Of a stretch of 64,000 nucleotides of DNA, positions 24,970 to 37,520 are shown piece after piece. The translations under genes were made by a program, and so were the position numbers. Origin of the DNA: Sarea resinae (lineage: Eukaryota); NCBI GenBank assembly GCA_026026165.1, contig JAPEUD010000011.1, positions 248,001 through 312,000 of the forward strand, read 5' to 3'. The stretch's first letter is position 1. Every line of letters starts with the position of its first letter. A model generated the notes under the pieces. That model was not told where the DNA came from and ran no database searches. It saw nothing but the letters and a program-made list of their open reading frames with translations.

Positions 24970-25804
24970 AGTAAACAAGGTCGTTGGTGATTAGCTTGAG
25001 AAGGATAGAGCGAGTGTGGTATTAGAAGTTTAGGGGGAGGGGGAGGAAGGGAGGGAGGAATATATGTAGGAGGGGTTGATTATAGAGCGAGAAAGAGGGT
25101 GTTAGGAGGGACTAGTGCGTTATCTTTCTTCTTCTTCTCTCTTTCCTCTCTCTTCTTTCTTTATTCTCCTATCTAGTCTTCTTTTATATCAACTCTTCTG
25201 TCCTGATTCAATCTACTAATCTGCTCTCTTGCCCGCTTTCTCAACCGCTTATTCCACTCTCTTGGTGTCTCGTGCAGCAAGTCTAGAATGTGCGTCATCT
25301 GTCTCTGATGAAAATATAGGCGTGTTGCGGTGGCGGGCTTGAGATGGTTCGGTGGTGTTGCTATGCAGAAAGTGCTGCTCTTGGCTCGACTCGGACCGCG
25401 CGAGGTGGTTGTGGGGGGTATGTGCTGCGTAATGAGTGGACGAGTGGTCAAGTTGGACGGTTGGACGGTTGGAATGCCGACGGGTAAGGGGCACGCTTTG
25501 TTTGCTGAGTAGGGAGGCTACCGCGGGCAGACGCAAAAGGGAAAGCGGAGGATTCTGAGATTCCTTTTATTTGCTGATCGTAGGAAGCATGGATGAGAAG
25601 AAATGTTGTGAGAGTGATATCTAAAAGCGAATGGATGAGTTATTTGGCTCGAGTGTCGACTTTTGACTGTGGCTGGCTTGGCCATTCCTCTGCTGTGATG
25701 TGCTTGGCTGGCTATATTCGGCTCCGTTCCTCGTACTCCTTACGACGGCCGATTTCGACGTTTGTGCCGACCACATATCTCATCATAGATCCTACTTGCT
25801 TGCC

Positions 25805-27017
25805 TCAAGATGCTGCGAGGTCGTAATTTTGATACACGCAACTGCATGAATCATCAGCGGCCTCGGGACTCAAATTGCCGAGGCGCGCGCCCACCGCCAC
25901 GCCGTTGGAGGCTTGGTAGCATTCTGGCACGGAGGCGCCGCCGGCGGAGAGTTGCTCGACCTGGGCGGCGTAGGGCCAGGGTTGGAATGCTTGCGGTGCC
26001 GACACTGCTGCTGGTGTTGCCGTCGATGACGATGAAGTAGTAGTAGCGTTTGAAGTGCTCGGCTTTTGTCTCGTGTATAGTCTGCCGCGGAGCGTGGTCT
26101 CGGGGTAGAAGCAGATACTCTGGGAATCGTCGTCGGTGAGCGGGGCGCTTGGGATCACGGTTTTATTCATCGAGATGGAAAAGGCGTAGTGCTCGGTGTC
26201 GAGGCCGCCGTCGAGCAACGTCAGGGGTACGTCGTGAAAGGAGGGCGCAAAGGGGTTGGCGGTCGAGGACATGGTGTAGTTTTGCGAGGTGGCATCGGCA
26301 GTGGTGCTGGGACTGATGATCCAGTCGTAGATGGCAGAGGAGGAAGACGGAGAGGCAGATGTGTAGGTTGAGTAGGGATAGCAGCGCCAGGTAGAGGGAT
26401 TAGAAGTGCAATTGGTCGTCATGGTCGCGAGATAGGTGCGGATGGCATATGAGCCCACTGGAAAGGATTGAGAGGATGGGATGGCAAAAGGCACCGAGGT
26501 AGATGATGCGGGCCGTTTCCTGTGGTCAAAGTCAGCCAGAGGAATAACAAAAGACTGAGAGCACCGACGATGCATGTTTCTTGCTCAAGCCCACAGCCAA
26601 TCCGACGACCAAAGCCCCGATTACGGCAATGGCCACGACGAGGAAAACACACAGTCTGCCCCAGCCACCTCGCCGGGCCGTGAAACCATGGCCGCTCTGC
26701 AATTCCGTCGCTTTCTCTTCTTTCGGCTTCAGGATCTCACCCGGATCACTATACGGCGGCGGCAATGCATCTTTACTCGACCAGTGCCACCAGCTGTCGG
26801 GACTGGGCAGGTTGCGGTGCTGGTACCGAAAGGGGGACTTCTCGGGGATTCCTGGGGTGGACGCCGACGGGTTTTGGTGCGACTCGTGTTCCAGGATGGG
26901 CTGAAGACGCGGCTCGCTGGAGATGCGGCGAATCTTGGAAGAGGGTCGACTGGGTGGGGCGAGTCGTCTGCTGTAGGGGTTGTAGGGATAGTGGGGCATG
27001 GGGGCACGAGAAGACAT
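25805..27017 (-). CDS. Type II single-pass membrane protein of unknown function, Cys-containing extracellular domain
   Basis: Exons 27017-26569 and 26519-25805 (49-nt intron GTCGGT...CTGAC...CAG). RRGGWGRL followed by TM segment VFLVVAIAVIGALVVGLAVGL, then FPVGSY, NCTSNPSTWRCYPY, WPYAAQVEQ and CSCVYQNY. Confidence 0.8.
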
Positions 27018-27991
27018 GATGCGACGTCAATGAGATATCAATGAATAGGAGGTATTGTTGACGATATATCTCGTACACACCCCGACAGAACAAGCACGAG
27101 AAAAGACGATGGAAAGACAGGAGCAGCAACGAGCAGGGCGGGCCTGATATATGTTTCACAAACGGACAGACAGGCGTGCCAGGAAAAGAACAAGAAAGAA
27201 AGAAAAGCAATGGACCGTCTTCGGCAGATTACCTGGGCTACTTCCCGTGGCCTTACAGCCTTGTTGGATGCTACTTTCAACCAACGTGGCTGCCATGTCC
27301 GAGCGTCAGCATGCTTATCGTCGAGGGCTGAGGCATCGAAGGCATCGAGTCTGGCCGTCAGTCCGTGGCCGCCATGCAGTCATGCAGCCATGCATTGATG
27401 ACAAGGCTGATTCCTTGATCCATGGGTCAAATCCATTGATGTGTATCTCTTACAAACTGTATCCTGTTCTGGCCCTTCCAAGCCAGCGACAAGCGAACCG
27501 TGTGGCCCTCGAGAAGGCTTTGTTCGTCGCGTTGAACTCTTTTGGTGTTGGGACATCAGCCATCAAGCCACCCGGTTGCTAGATTGGTGGCAGAAAGATG
27601 AACGTGGCGATGTGGCGGCGTCGATGGGCGAACTAAGACGACGCGGGAAAGTCGTCGACGGGCTAGACATGATCGGTCCCGGGGCCCCTGGACCTACAGA
27701 GTACCTACTACGGATTACATAAGGTAGTCGGATATTCGTATCTCTCACCTCGCTGCTGGCTTCCCACCGTGGAAGTGAGGTCAAGCAGAAAGAGACAGAG
27801 AAAGCGATAGGTAACAAGTACGACGCGACCGAGTCAGCCTGGGGGGGAGGCCTTCCATCTTTCATCTTCCATCTGCACAGTGAAGAGTGAGTGAGAGTAA
27901 AGTGAAGACGGGAGTGAGTGAATGGAATTATTCGTAATCCGTGCAGTAACCAGCTCAGTGCAGTCCGTCGGTGATCGCTGTGGTATCCCGT

Positions 27992-28036
27992 GATCACGTG
28001 ATCGCCGCACCAGCAGAATGCGTCCCAGTGACGTCA
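27992..28036. promoter_or_regulatory. Palindromic E-box (GATCACGTGATC) and CRE (TGACGTCA) upstream of Clr2
   Basis: 12-bp perfect palindrome at 27992-28003 and TGACGTCA at 28029-28036, about 200 bp before the ATG. Confidence 0.4.
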
Positions 28037-28231
28037 ACTATGACAGTCCTGGCACCCATCCTCTCTTCTTCAGACAGCAACTCTACCCGGACTCTCTCAC
28101 TCTCACACTCCCTCACTCTCACACCCAGCAACTCGACCCGAACTCGATCCTAAGCGATCCTAAGCGAGCCTCACATCATCTTCACCGTCAACACCAAAAC
28201 CACCTCGAAAGCGCCTTCGAGGCCATTCACG

Positions 28232-31200
28232 ATGCCGCCAAGGGTCGCGCCTCGACGCGTCGTGCCCGTCGGCCCCTATAGCGATGGCGATGCCACTCAT
28301 CGGCCTGCCGCCAACTCCAATTACAGCCTCTGCGATCCGCAGCTGTACCTGGACAAATTGGGCCAGAGATGGATGGAGGAGCAAAATGCGGCGGACCCGG
28401 GTAAGCCCCTTTTCGATCATCCAAATTGGGACGGTCGTCGCTCTTCGATTTGATCGCGATTGTGCAAGATGAAAAGACGACTATTTGGTCGGATAGCTTT
28501 TGTAATGGTGTAAAATGTGCAATTGTTTTGTTTATATCAGTATCTGCAAGTCTGTTCAAGAGGCGCACTTGCTCGCTTGATCTTTTCTGCTTCATCCATG
28601 ATACCACGCGGGGTGATGAAGATGGTTCACTCATCTTTGAGCCTACCTTGTGTACGGATGGCTATGAATAAGACCTAGATGATCCAGAAATTTCTTCACC
28701 TTCACCCCGTCACCCACAACCCCTTTTCTTCACTGCGCTTGTCGGTAAACAAACGACACTCTAACACACGTCTGCATCTCCAGGTGTCCTCTACTCTCTG
28801 GAACACTTGCCCGCAGGTTACGAAGTCTATGACCGACCACGCCCCAGCGATCCTAAACATGTAAGTATCATCACATTTCCTTTTACAACTCTACACCGTC
28901 ATCAACGTCATCAACGTCATCAACTTCCCTTGCCCGTCGTCATATCTCAAACCACCTAAAGTTGATTGTTTGACAACTCGAGTGGCACGCTTGCCTACTT
29001 CAGGCGCTCTGGCTGGGATATCAAATCCAACCCAGCACTCTTGAGCTCGGCAGCTAATAGAGAACAGCGAGACCGATATCTTTTCGGCCATCCCAACCGC
29101 AAGCCGTTTGACTCACCAAATCGCTTCTACCCTCACTTCAAGTTCTTGATGGAGCAAAACGGTAATGGTGGTGCCTGTGACTGTGTGAACTGCAACGCAA
29201 ACACCAGCAGCATGGGTATGTCCGAGCTCACTTCTGCCTGTTTGACACGTACTGAGTCGTCACAGCAAGCAAGAAAATCGTCGATCTTGGTATCGTCGAT
29301 GACGAAGGCACGCCCGCAATCTACGATGCGCTATGCACGAAGCTGGAGAAAGAAGGCAAAGTGGACGAGCCCATCGTCGAGAAGATGAGCATGGATTGGA
29401 GGGCCGAGCACCACCTTCTTCCCTACCTGTACAAAAAACTGGCGACCCAAGAGTCGTTCATCCCGCGCGTCGGTGAACTCGTCCTCTTTGTTGCCGACTT
29501 CCGGATCGGCGATCACGACGGCGAACTCGCCTTTGACCACGAGGCCCAAGAACACAGAGTCTACGACAAGAAGACAAAAGAGTTCATCGGCTATCCGATC
29601 TGGGCGGCGGGAACGGTGGGACAGGTCAACGTGGAGAAAGTGGTGCTCGCCGACTTGGTCGCGGAACAGCCAAAGGAGTACATCGTCTCGCTGTCGGGCT
29701 TCCGTGTCGAGTGCTTGCCCGATCCCAACTCCGACTACAAGGGGTTGTCGAAGCAGTACAAATACGTGCCGCTGCACCACATCCGGCCCTTTAATTTCTA
29801 CGCCGAGTACCTAAAGGGCACTCCGGAGGAAGAGTGGGACCTGACGATCAAGCATGCGTTGACGGTCATGGCCTCGTGGTCGCTGATCTCCAAATACCAC
29901 TTCAAAGGAGAGTGGCCGAATGCGACCGTCTCGTGCAAGGGCCTCTTTGTGGGAGCGGAGAATTATTTTGCCGGCGACTTTGTCCGCATGCTCCCGCGCG
30001 ACCCCGAATCGCATACCGTGCATGATATTCTTCGGATCCAGACCATCGAGTTCAAGTTTGTGCGTCTCGACCTGGACGGCAAGCCTCCTACCGAGACCGG
30101 AGAAACCCACAAGTTGCTCACACACGTTACGGGCCCGATGTACACCCTCGATGCCACTCGTGCCAAGGATCCAACTCTGCCGCCGCTGTCCGAGGAAGCG
30201 GCCAAGCATCTCTTGCCGCAGGGATACCACGCTTTCAGATGGTACCGCGCCAGCGACCCGGACAGAGTGCACATCGTATCCTACACGCAGATCCTGGGTC
30301 GTTGCTTCGAGCTCGATGCGCTGCATATCTGGTTCAGCCGCAAGGACGCCGGTGTTCTGAGCCTCGGACTGGACGGCGTACGCAAAGGCCGCATCTACTC
30401 TGCCGCGACGGACCAGCGTGTCGGCAAAGACCGCGACTGGTTCTGGGCCGAACATCGCGTCGAGGCTCTCGATATTGCGACGCTGAATGGCGCCGAGGTA
30501 GGCCGCTTCGACAAATCGCGCGACCCGGCGGTCTATAGGACGGCGATTAACGTCATCGACGGACTCGAGGAGCCCAATTACTTCCTGGTCAAACGCGATC
30601 CGTTCCCCAAGCCCGATCGCACCTTTACGGCCGTCAATAGCAGCTTGGTTGCCAGCGCCCAGCAGGACGACGACGACGAAGACGAGGAGATCCCGGACGC
30701 GCGTGACGGCAGAAACGGCAACGGCGACGAAGATGAGTTGGCCGCCACCGCTCCTCTTCAGCCCCGTCCTCTTCAGCCTCGTCCACCGCCAAAGCTGATG
30801 ACCGACGAGGAGACCCGAGTCGCGTCCCAGGCCGCCCACCAACTCTACAGCGAGCTATTCCCAAGTCGTGAGTCCCTTGCCAGCCAGGACGAGGCCGAAC
30901 GTGCACGCCGTGATGGTGCCTTTAGGGCTCGCCGCGGCTCCACGCCTCTTGTCCCGACCGGGTCTCGTGGCAGTACCGTCAAGAACACTCCCAGCAAAGA
31001 CGGCACCCCTGGCACTGCTCCCGCCCACGTCGCCCAGCCTGCCGGTCGTGCTGCGCCGGGGTTCATCGGCTCCCGATCCGACGTGATCCCGCATCGCGGT
31101 GGTCGCGTCATCGGCGACGATGGCTCCTCGTCAGAGAGCGACTTTGACGAGGAGAAATACGCCGCCAGCAAGGCCGCCGAGGCCGAGCGCCGTCGCGCAC

Positions 31201-31232
31201 GCGCACGGAAGCGTCTCGAATGGGACGAGTGA
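28232..31232 (+). CDS. clr2: Cryptic loci regulator 2 (Clr2, SHREC-type silencing protein)
   Basis: Spliced N-terminus: SDGD...YLDKLGQRWM / YSLEHLPAGYEVYDRPRPSDPKH / RDRYLFGHPNRKPFDSPNRFYPHFKFLM...CDCVNC. Main exon: DEPIVEKMSMDW, FIPRVGELVLF, WAAGTVGQ, SGFRVECLPDPN, SKQYKYVPLHHIRPF, GLFVGAE, WFWAEHRVEALDIATLNG. Confidence 0.88.
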
Positions 31233-32030
31233 TGGATGCTTGCATCTGCGCCTTGTCCATCGTCGTCGTTTCGCTCCCGCGGGCGGCAAAGTCTCGCTCT
31301 TTTTCTTTTCTTCCAAGGGTCTTTTTACTACTGCGACTACGGGACAGGGCTGGATGGAGTCGATACGTGCGTCCGTGCGTGCATGGGGTCTTGTCTGGAT
31401 GGAAATTTTAAAAAACACGGTTAGGAAAGGGCGAAATCTGGCATACTTCTGGCGTCGGCATGAGCATGAGCATGAGCATGTAAGCGGAAATTTACTTGGG
31501 CGTCTATCCTGTGAGCGATCTGGTCTGGTCTGGTCTGGTCTGGTCGTGCCACGTCATACTTTTTCTTTTCTTTCATGACGGCTGCGTCGGCTTAGGGTGG
31601 TCGGCCGGTTAGTATGGTAGGTAGTCAGCTAGCTTTTGCTGTCGGCTGTAGGCTGGAGGCTGGAGGCTGAGATATAAAAAATCACTTTCAAACCTCTCTG
31701 CCTCTACTGATTATGTGTAGCAGACTCTGGCGTGGAAGTGTACTGTCTAACTTTTCCTCCTTCATGCTTGGAGAGATGGAGATTCGATGGGGACAAGTTG
31801 CTGTTTCCCGACATTGCCGTGAGTAGTGATTGAATATTCGCTGTATATGAAAAAGAAAAAGACCGCCAAGTTCGAAGAGCAGGGGAATCTCCAGTTGCAT
31901 GCTGCACGCAATTCTGTTCTGCTACCCCAATGGACTCCGTCCGCCGCATTTCCCATCTCGATGCTTTGACCAAGAACCTCGGCTAGTATCTGATCCTCCA
32001 AGGTCCTGTGGAATCTTGGCTGCGTCTTGG

Positions 32031-32158
32031 TGTAATCCCCATGAACAACTGGTCTGGCGTATACCCTTGCATTCTCACAGCTCGACTGTTGATTGCATGA
32101 ACCACGTCTGGTAGCAACACATCCCATATTGTCCTACCAGTTGTTCATGGGGATTACA
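32031..32158. mobile_element. 128-bp element with 23-bp perfect terminal inverted repeats (MITE-like)
   Basis: TGTAATCCCCATGAACAACTGGT (32031-32053) and its exact reverse complement (32136-32158); no clear target-site duplication. Confidence 0.55.
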
Positions 32159-32671
32159 ACGCTTATCCGACGGTGGAGAGTACAAGACGTTTTCTGTCGG
32201 AAAGACATAGGTTTGGTTAGTTGGTTATTTAGTTACCTAAGTAGTTAATTGGTTAGTTGATGGAGTTTTTGTTTTCTTCATATCAGCTTCTTTAAAGTTC
32301 TATTAGCTTTTAATGTCGGACAACAAGCCAAAAAGGTAGCGCCCCCTTAAGGACTTGCTTGTAATTCGTCTACATATTGTATTCCGACATTTAATCTACT
32401 CTACCACTACTTATTCGGCCTTATTTAGGATAAAGAGATCACTTACTAATTTCTAGCTGGTTTCATCTGTGCGGGTGTAGCTGTAGCAGGGAATATGTTC
32501 TAGGAGTGTCTTAAAAGGTAGGAGAGCCGCTTGTTGGTGGTGTTGCCTGACCTTGGACTGGATTGATAGACTGGACTGTTTAATCGATGGACCGTTGCAC
32601 CGATCGACTATCAACTGCACTGGCCGGCCAAATAACATCGGAACAGTCGTCAGATGTCTCCAGCATTGAAT

Positions 32672-33894
32672 TTACCCCCGTGAATCCATCCAGAAGACTC
32701 GACCGAGCAGTTCGCGGGAGTATTTGGGGTCCGGGGGGGTCAATTTATTGCGGTGATTATAGCCAGGTATCACGCCCGGGTGAGATGTGTTCCTAATCGT
32801 ATCCCTCAGGATCCCAGGGACGTTTGGTCGCAGATTGTCGAAGAGTCGTCCGTTCTGCCATCCCACGTCGCTAACTGCAACGGTGGGATTTGCAGGACAC
32901 CTGCGAAATGATTTGCGGTCCCAAACCTTTTCCTCCGCCACGACTTTTCCATCCTTTGTCGGACCAAAATGGGTTCTTGGCCGATAAGAAGTCAAAGTAC
33001 TCGCTCAGTCTGAACCCTGAACCCCGAATCCAAAAAGGAGATTACCTCCTGAGGCATGACTCCTTGTTTGGCTATGTAGTGCATGTCGACGATTAGACGT
33101 GCCTGGCAGCGAGACAGATCGTCGGGGCACGACGGATGTTGGCATCCCTTATTTGTAGACCCTGTGCAGGGTATCCCCATACTGGCTGAGGAACTCTTCC
33201 AGCTGGTTAAGCCGTGCGTTCACTCTGGCTGGAGTGTCCGCAGTCGTGGGCTCCGAGTCAGTGAAACGAAGCCTAAAAAGCGCCGGTGTCTTTGCCGTGC
33301 GCGTTATATTGATCATCGCTGCCCTCGAGAGCACACGCCACGGCTGTTATAATTGGCTTAGTCTTCCACATCGCTGTTGGCTCCCTCGTCGAACTCTGTG
33401 GACAGCCTATAGACTCCTTCCAAAGTGATATCTTGTCCGTACGTGGGAATATCCTTATATAGACGATTAGCGAGCACGTCCAAAGCTTTATTGCTTCCGG
33501 CAATTTTGAACAGTTTGTCCTGCTGGCGGAGGCATGAGCAGGTAATACAAAAGCCCTCCACCTGTTGTCCCATTGCTGCTAATTGGCTTAATAAGTACTC
33601 GGACGCTTGAGATTGCATGTTGTATCTCTCGCCCTCGGGCAGCGTCCTCAAATGAGCCGCCAACTCGTCAACACTACCGAAAGTGCTCCCCCCAATGGTT
33701 GCCAGGAACGATCCGCCATATTGCCGTCGGGAAGATGTGAGTAATATGACGAGATGATGAGAGAAATTGAGGGCTTTGTACCGTGAGAGAGCTGAATCGG
33801 ACGTCTGTTGGGCTCTGTAGAGCCATAGCAAATCGATGACTGACGTCTCCAGCGATCCAGCCTCAACCCATTGTGCATTAGACTTTTGTCCCAC
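32672..33894 (-). pseudogene. Decayed unknown gene (TE-derived or cargo)
   Basis: Collinear protein-like ORF pieces 33894-33358, 33334-33149 and 32995-32672; the last two share a frame and are separated by stops. Confidence 0.35.
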
Positions 33895-35071
33895 CTAGGT
33901 GAAAAGCCAATGGACTGATTTACTTGGTTTACCTCTCTGTTGGTGCTGTGGCGGTAAGCCGTTATTACAAGAATCTAGGCGCCCGCTTTCAAAAAAACGT
34001 AGCGCCAGAATCGGCCCGGAACGACGGTCTCGGTCGGTGACCAGTGCAATGGGAAAACCCTATCCTTCTTTACATATCTGAGATGTCGGCCTGATCCTCA
34101 GATCCGTCGTCCTTCTGTCCCGGGATCAGTCTGACAGCCTAGGAGAACCGAAAGAACGGAGAAGGAAGCTCGACCTCGAATTTGTCTTGTGTTATAGCCC
34201 GTTCGAGCCGGAAGTCAGTCCAAGGGAGGTTTGCTAATGCTGCCATAGAAAAGGTAGTAAGGTCTGCCGCTCATAGAGAAATATGACGTGAACGAGCTCG
34301 GACTCGTTGGGGAATACGGGATAGCGTACGTTCTTCAGAGGTGTTGCTTCTGTTCTCTTTGCGCCGCTTTCCCGGTGAATTAGGGGGCTTGGCTATAACG
34401 TGCAATATCCTCATACTAAGTGTGAGCGGGCTAAAGGGTATAGCAGTCACGCTTGTGCAAGCCGTTTCCGTTCCCTCCTACAAATCTGCATGCGCTTAGT
34501 CGAAGGTGGTGGTGATAATGACCCTATCAAGGCCTTGTCGCCAGATTTGAGCTGCTAGTAGGAGAGGAAAACCTGTTGCTTGTATAACGGCTCCTATAAT
34601 AGCGTCCACTGCCTGATTGCTAGCGACTAGCAGGTCTGTACACTTACAATGAGATAAAACCTCTTCGATAGCATCACGTAGGGCGGCTTTAGCTCTAGGT
34701 GACGTGACTCCTAGGTGTAGGTAGGCGTCTGGCAGTTTTGCCTTTGTTAGCGCAATGGCTTCGGACATGAAAAAGGCTTTGACACAGTCTTTAAAATCGG
34801 AGTTTTCCCATAGCAGCTGCTCCAAGGCATGCTTGCTTTGAACCCTGAGGGCAGCGTTGTAAGGGGTCAGATATCGATTGGGGAAGCACTCTTCACTAGT
34901 GCTGATCACCTCTTCTTCGAGCTCGATTGGTGTTTCTCATTCTTCTTCTTTGGGGTACTCGGTTGGTTCCCAGTGCCCGCTTTGGCCCGACTAGTGCTGT
35001 TTTCCATCTCTTCAAGGCTAGTGAAACCTGGCGGAGTCTTTCCGGCTGCCACCATACCGTCCCACAAAACG

Positions 35072-35255
35072 ATTTGGACATTCCTTTCGACCAATCCCAC
35101 AGTGGATGGGTGCGAACCTGGAGCTCCGTAGTGCTTTATACCCTTTGATTCCCACAAGTCAACAATCTCTCCACCACAAAAGTGGGTTCCATTGTCGTTG
35201 TACAGTGCTTTGGGCCATCCAAACGATGGGACGATTCGGTCTTTCATGAATTGCT
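35072..35255 (-). mobile_element. Ty3/Gypsy-type integrase core (rve) fragment
   Basis: FMKDRIVPSFGWPKALYNDNGTHF...WESKGIKHYGAPGSHPSTVGLVERNVQIV matches the FGxPxxIxSDNG...PQxxGxxER second-Asp/Glu region of DDE integrases. Confidence 0.8.
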
Positions 35256-36246
35256 CAGTCACTCTCATGGTAGCCGCCCTTGCGGCAGCAGCCCGAGTCG
35301 TCCGTCCGTCCGTTGATGTCTGAGATAGACTGACGAGATGATGACGGTGATGATAAAGCACGCATGCGGTGTTGAATGATGACGGAGAGAATTGATGATG
35401 AAAGTGAGAAGATGTTCTGATGAGAAGATGTCCTGATGAGAAGACGGTCTGCTGAGAAGTCGTTCTGAAGGTGAGAAGTTCATTGATGAATGATCAAACA
35501 TGCTCGTTCCACATTCGGGGATGGCCAATACCGAATGGACCAGGGGATGCTTCTTGAGTCGACAGTCGACGAGCGGCCATTTGATCCCCAAAAGGAAAAG
35601 GACGACCGCGTAACGTCCGCGGGAGGTTTCCCAGTTGAGAGCCGACCAGCCACCTTGATCGAGAGTAAGAGGGAACACCATGTGATCGGTCAGACGACTG
35701 CCCTGAATGCGTGGAGGGTCAAACCACGAGCCACCATCGCCGAATAGCCTTTCGATATAGGGGGTCAGGTTGATGGTTTCACTGATCCTAGGTTTAGGCC
35801 GTGTAATAGTGCTGATACCTTGTCGACTTAGGTTTGTGTTCTATCCTATATCTTGTTAATTATGTCTGTCATGTCTTGTGTCCCAGGACAGGGGCTTACC
35901 TAGCCAGAGAGTCTTGACATCTTCGCTAGCAAAGTGGTTAACATTTGAGGAAATTAGAGCCATAACGTCGGTGAGAATAGGAAGAAACTAATCTTAGACA
36001 GTCCGAAAACTTATTTCCATCTCCTGTTCTGATCCCTAAGTTAGTTAACACATTGTCCGCATTTGCTCTTTCCAACACTCTAGGTCGAATGATTTGCTCA
36101 GACGACTCCCCTTGTCCAGAACGGACGACATCCTCTAAGTCCTTTTAGTAAGCTTCCTGTGCCTTGAGGTTCCAAGGGCTCGTGAAATGCGCATCTGGCT
36201 CCCTCAGTAATCCATTGCCGTGGATTATATGCAACAGGAGCACTGC

Positions 36247-37520
36247 TTAGAGTGTACAGAGGACTAGCTCATATAGCACACCTATCCTTTCAGGCCCCCA
36301 TGTCAGCAGACTTCTCAGAAAAGAGGTGAAGCGACCACGAAAAAGGGACGGGGATGGGGACGTGCAATCGCAAGTCGACTCTATCGGAACAAGCAGCCTA
36401 AATTGCAGAGCCATCAAAACTTCGTACTGCTGAGCGAGTAATAGAAAGAAAAGGTTGAAGGCCTGATGACTTAGCTCGAGCGTCTTCAAGACATCTTCTC
36501 GGCCTCTTTCACCCAGAAAACTAGCTCTCTAGCTTCTTTGGATTAGGAACTTGAACAATATGCAGTTCACTAAATACACCACGGCATCCCTGTACAGTCT
36601 GTAACCTGGCTCCGAAGATCACAACAGCCTCTCTCACACCTCATTTGAGATGTCTCAAACTCAATCGTGGTGTTTCCTCCCTTTCTGCATAGGTCGCTGA
36701 TTCTTCCACCCAGTCTCGGCCACTCTTTCATTCCTAGGATAACAAGTAACCTGATATGGAGGTAAGTGCTTTTCAAATCTTCTGATGCCTCTTCCTACAT
36801 TTGGCTCTTCGTTGTCGACTGTAGTATGCATCGCCTTTCCTCCGGTGTGATCTAATGGCGCTCGAAATGCACGACGAGAGTGGCTGGCCGTGACGTGCTG
36901 ATATGCTTGAAGAGCCCGAGGAGAGAAAGGGCAGGCCAACGTTTTCAGAGTAAATGTGGTATTCCCGCTTTTGCCGGACTAGCCGTTCCCTGAAGATCCA
37001 CCGCAGCTTTTTGTTCGTTCCAAGCAAGGCAAATATGTCCTTGTTTTCAGGCGCAAAGTCGACCTTGGCGGGCACGTCCTTGAGGTATCTGTCACAGATT
37101 TTCGCGATGATCTTAGTTAGCAACTGTACTAGCGTGATGCTATTAAATGACAAGTAAAAGCAAGGTAGAGAACTATATCTGTGAATTCTTATAGTTTGTG
37201 AGAGACTTGCTCCACAGCATTAATAGGACTCTACAGCATTAATAGGATAGGACTTGAGCTAAGTACACGTCCTGTTATAGATGACGTTAGAACTCTGCTT
37301 ATTAGATAAAGAAACATAAATATTGCTTACCTATCCTAGGCGACCTCGATTGGTACAGCTTTCGCGTCAAATACTATCTCGTTCTTCTGCCTAACATTGA
37401 AGCTGCTTGTCAGCGATTTCGATGATCTTGCTGGCCTTTTCAATCATCTTGTTGGCCTTATCCATCATCCCATCCGCTCGTCTCAACCGCTTGCCACGAG
37501 TTTTGGCTCTGGCGGCCTAG
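36247..37520 (-). pseudogene. Decayed unknown gene
   Basis: Fragmented protein-like stretches (GMMDKANKMIEKASKIIEIADKQL; IIAKICDRYLKDVPAKVDFAPENKDIFALLG; VLKTLELSHQAFNLFFLLL) broken by stops and frameshifts. Confidence 0.3.
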
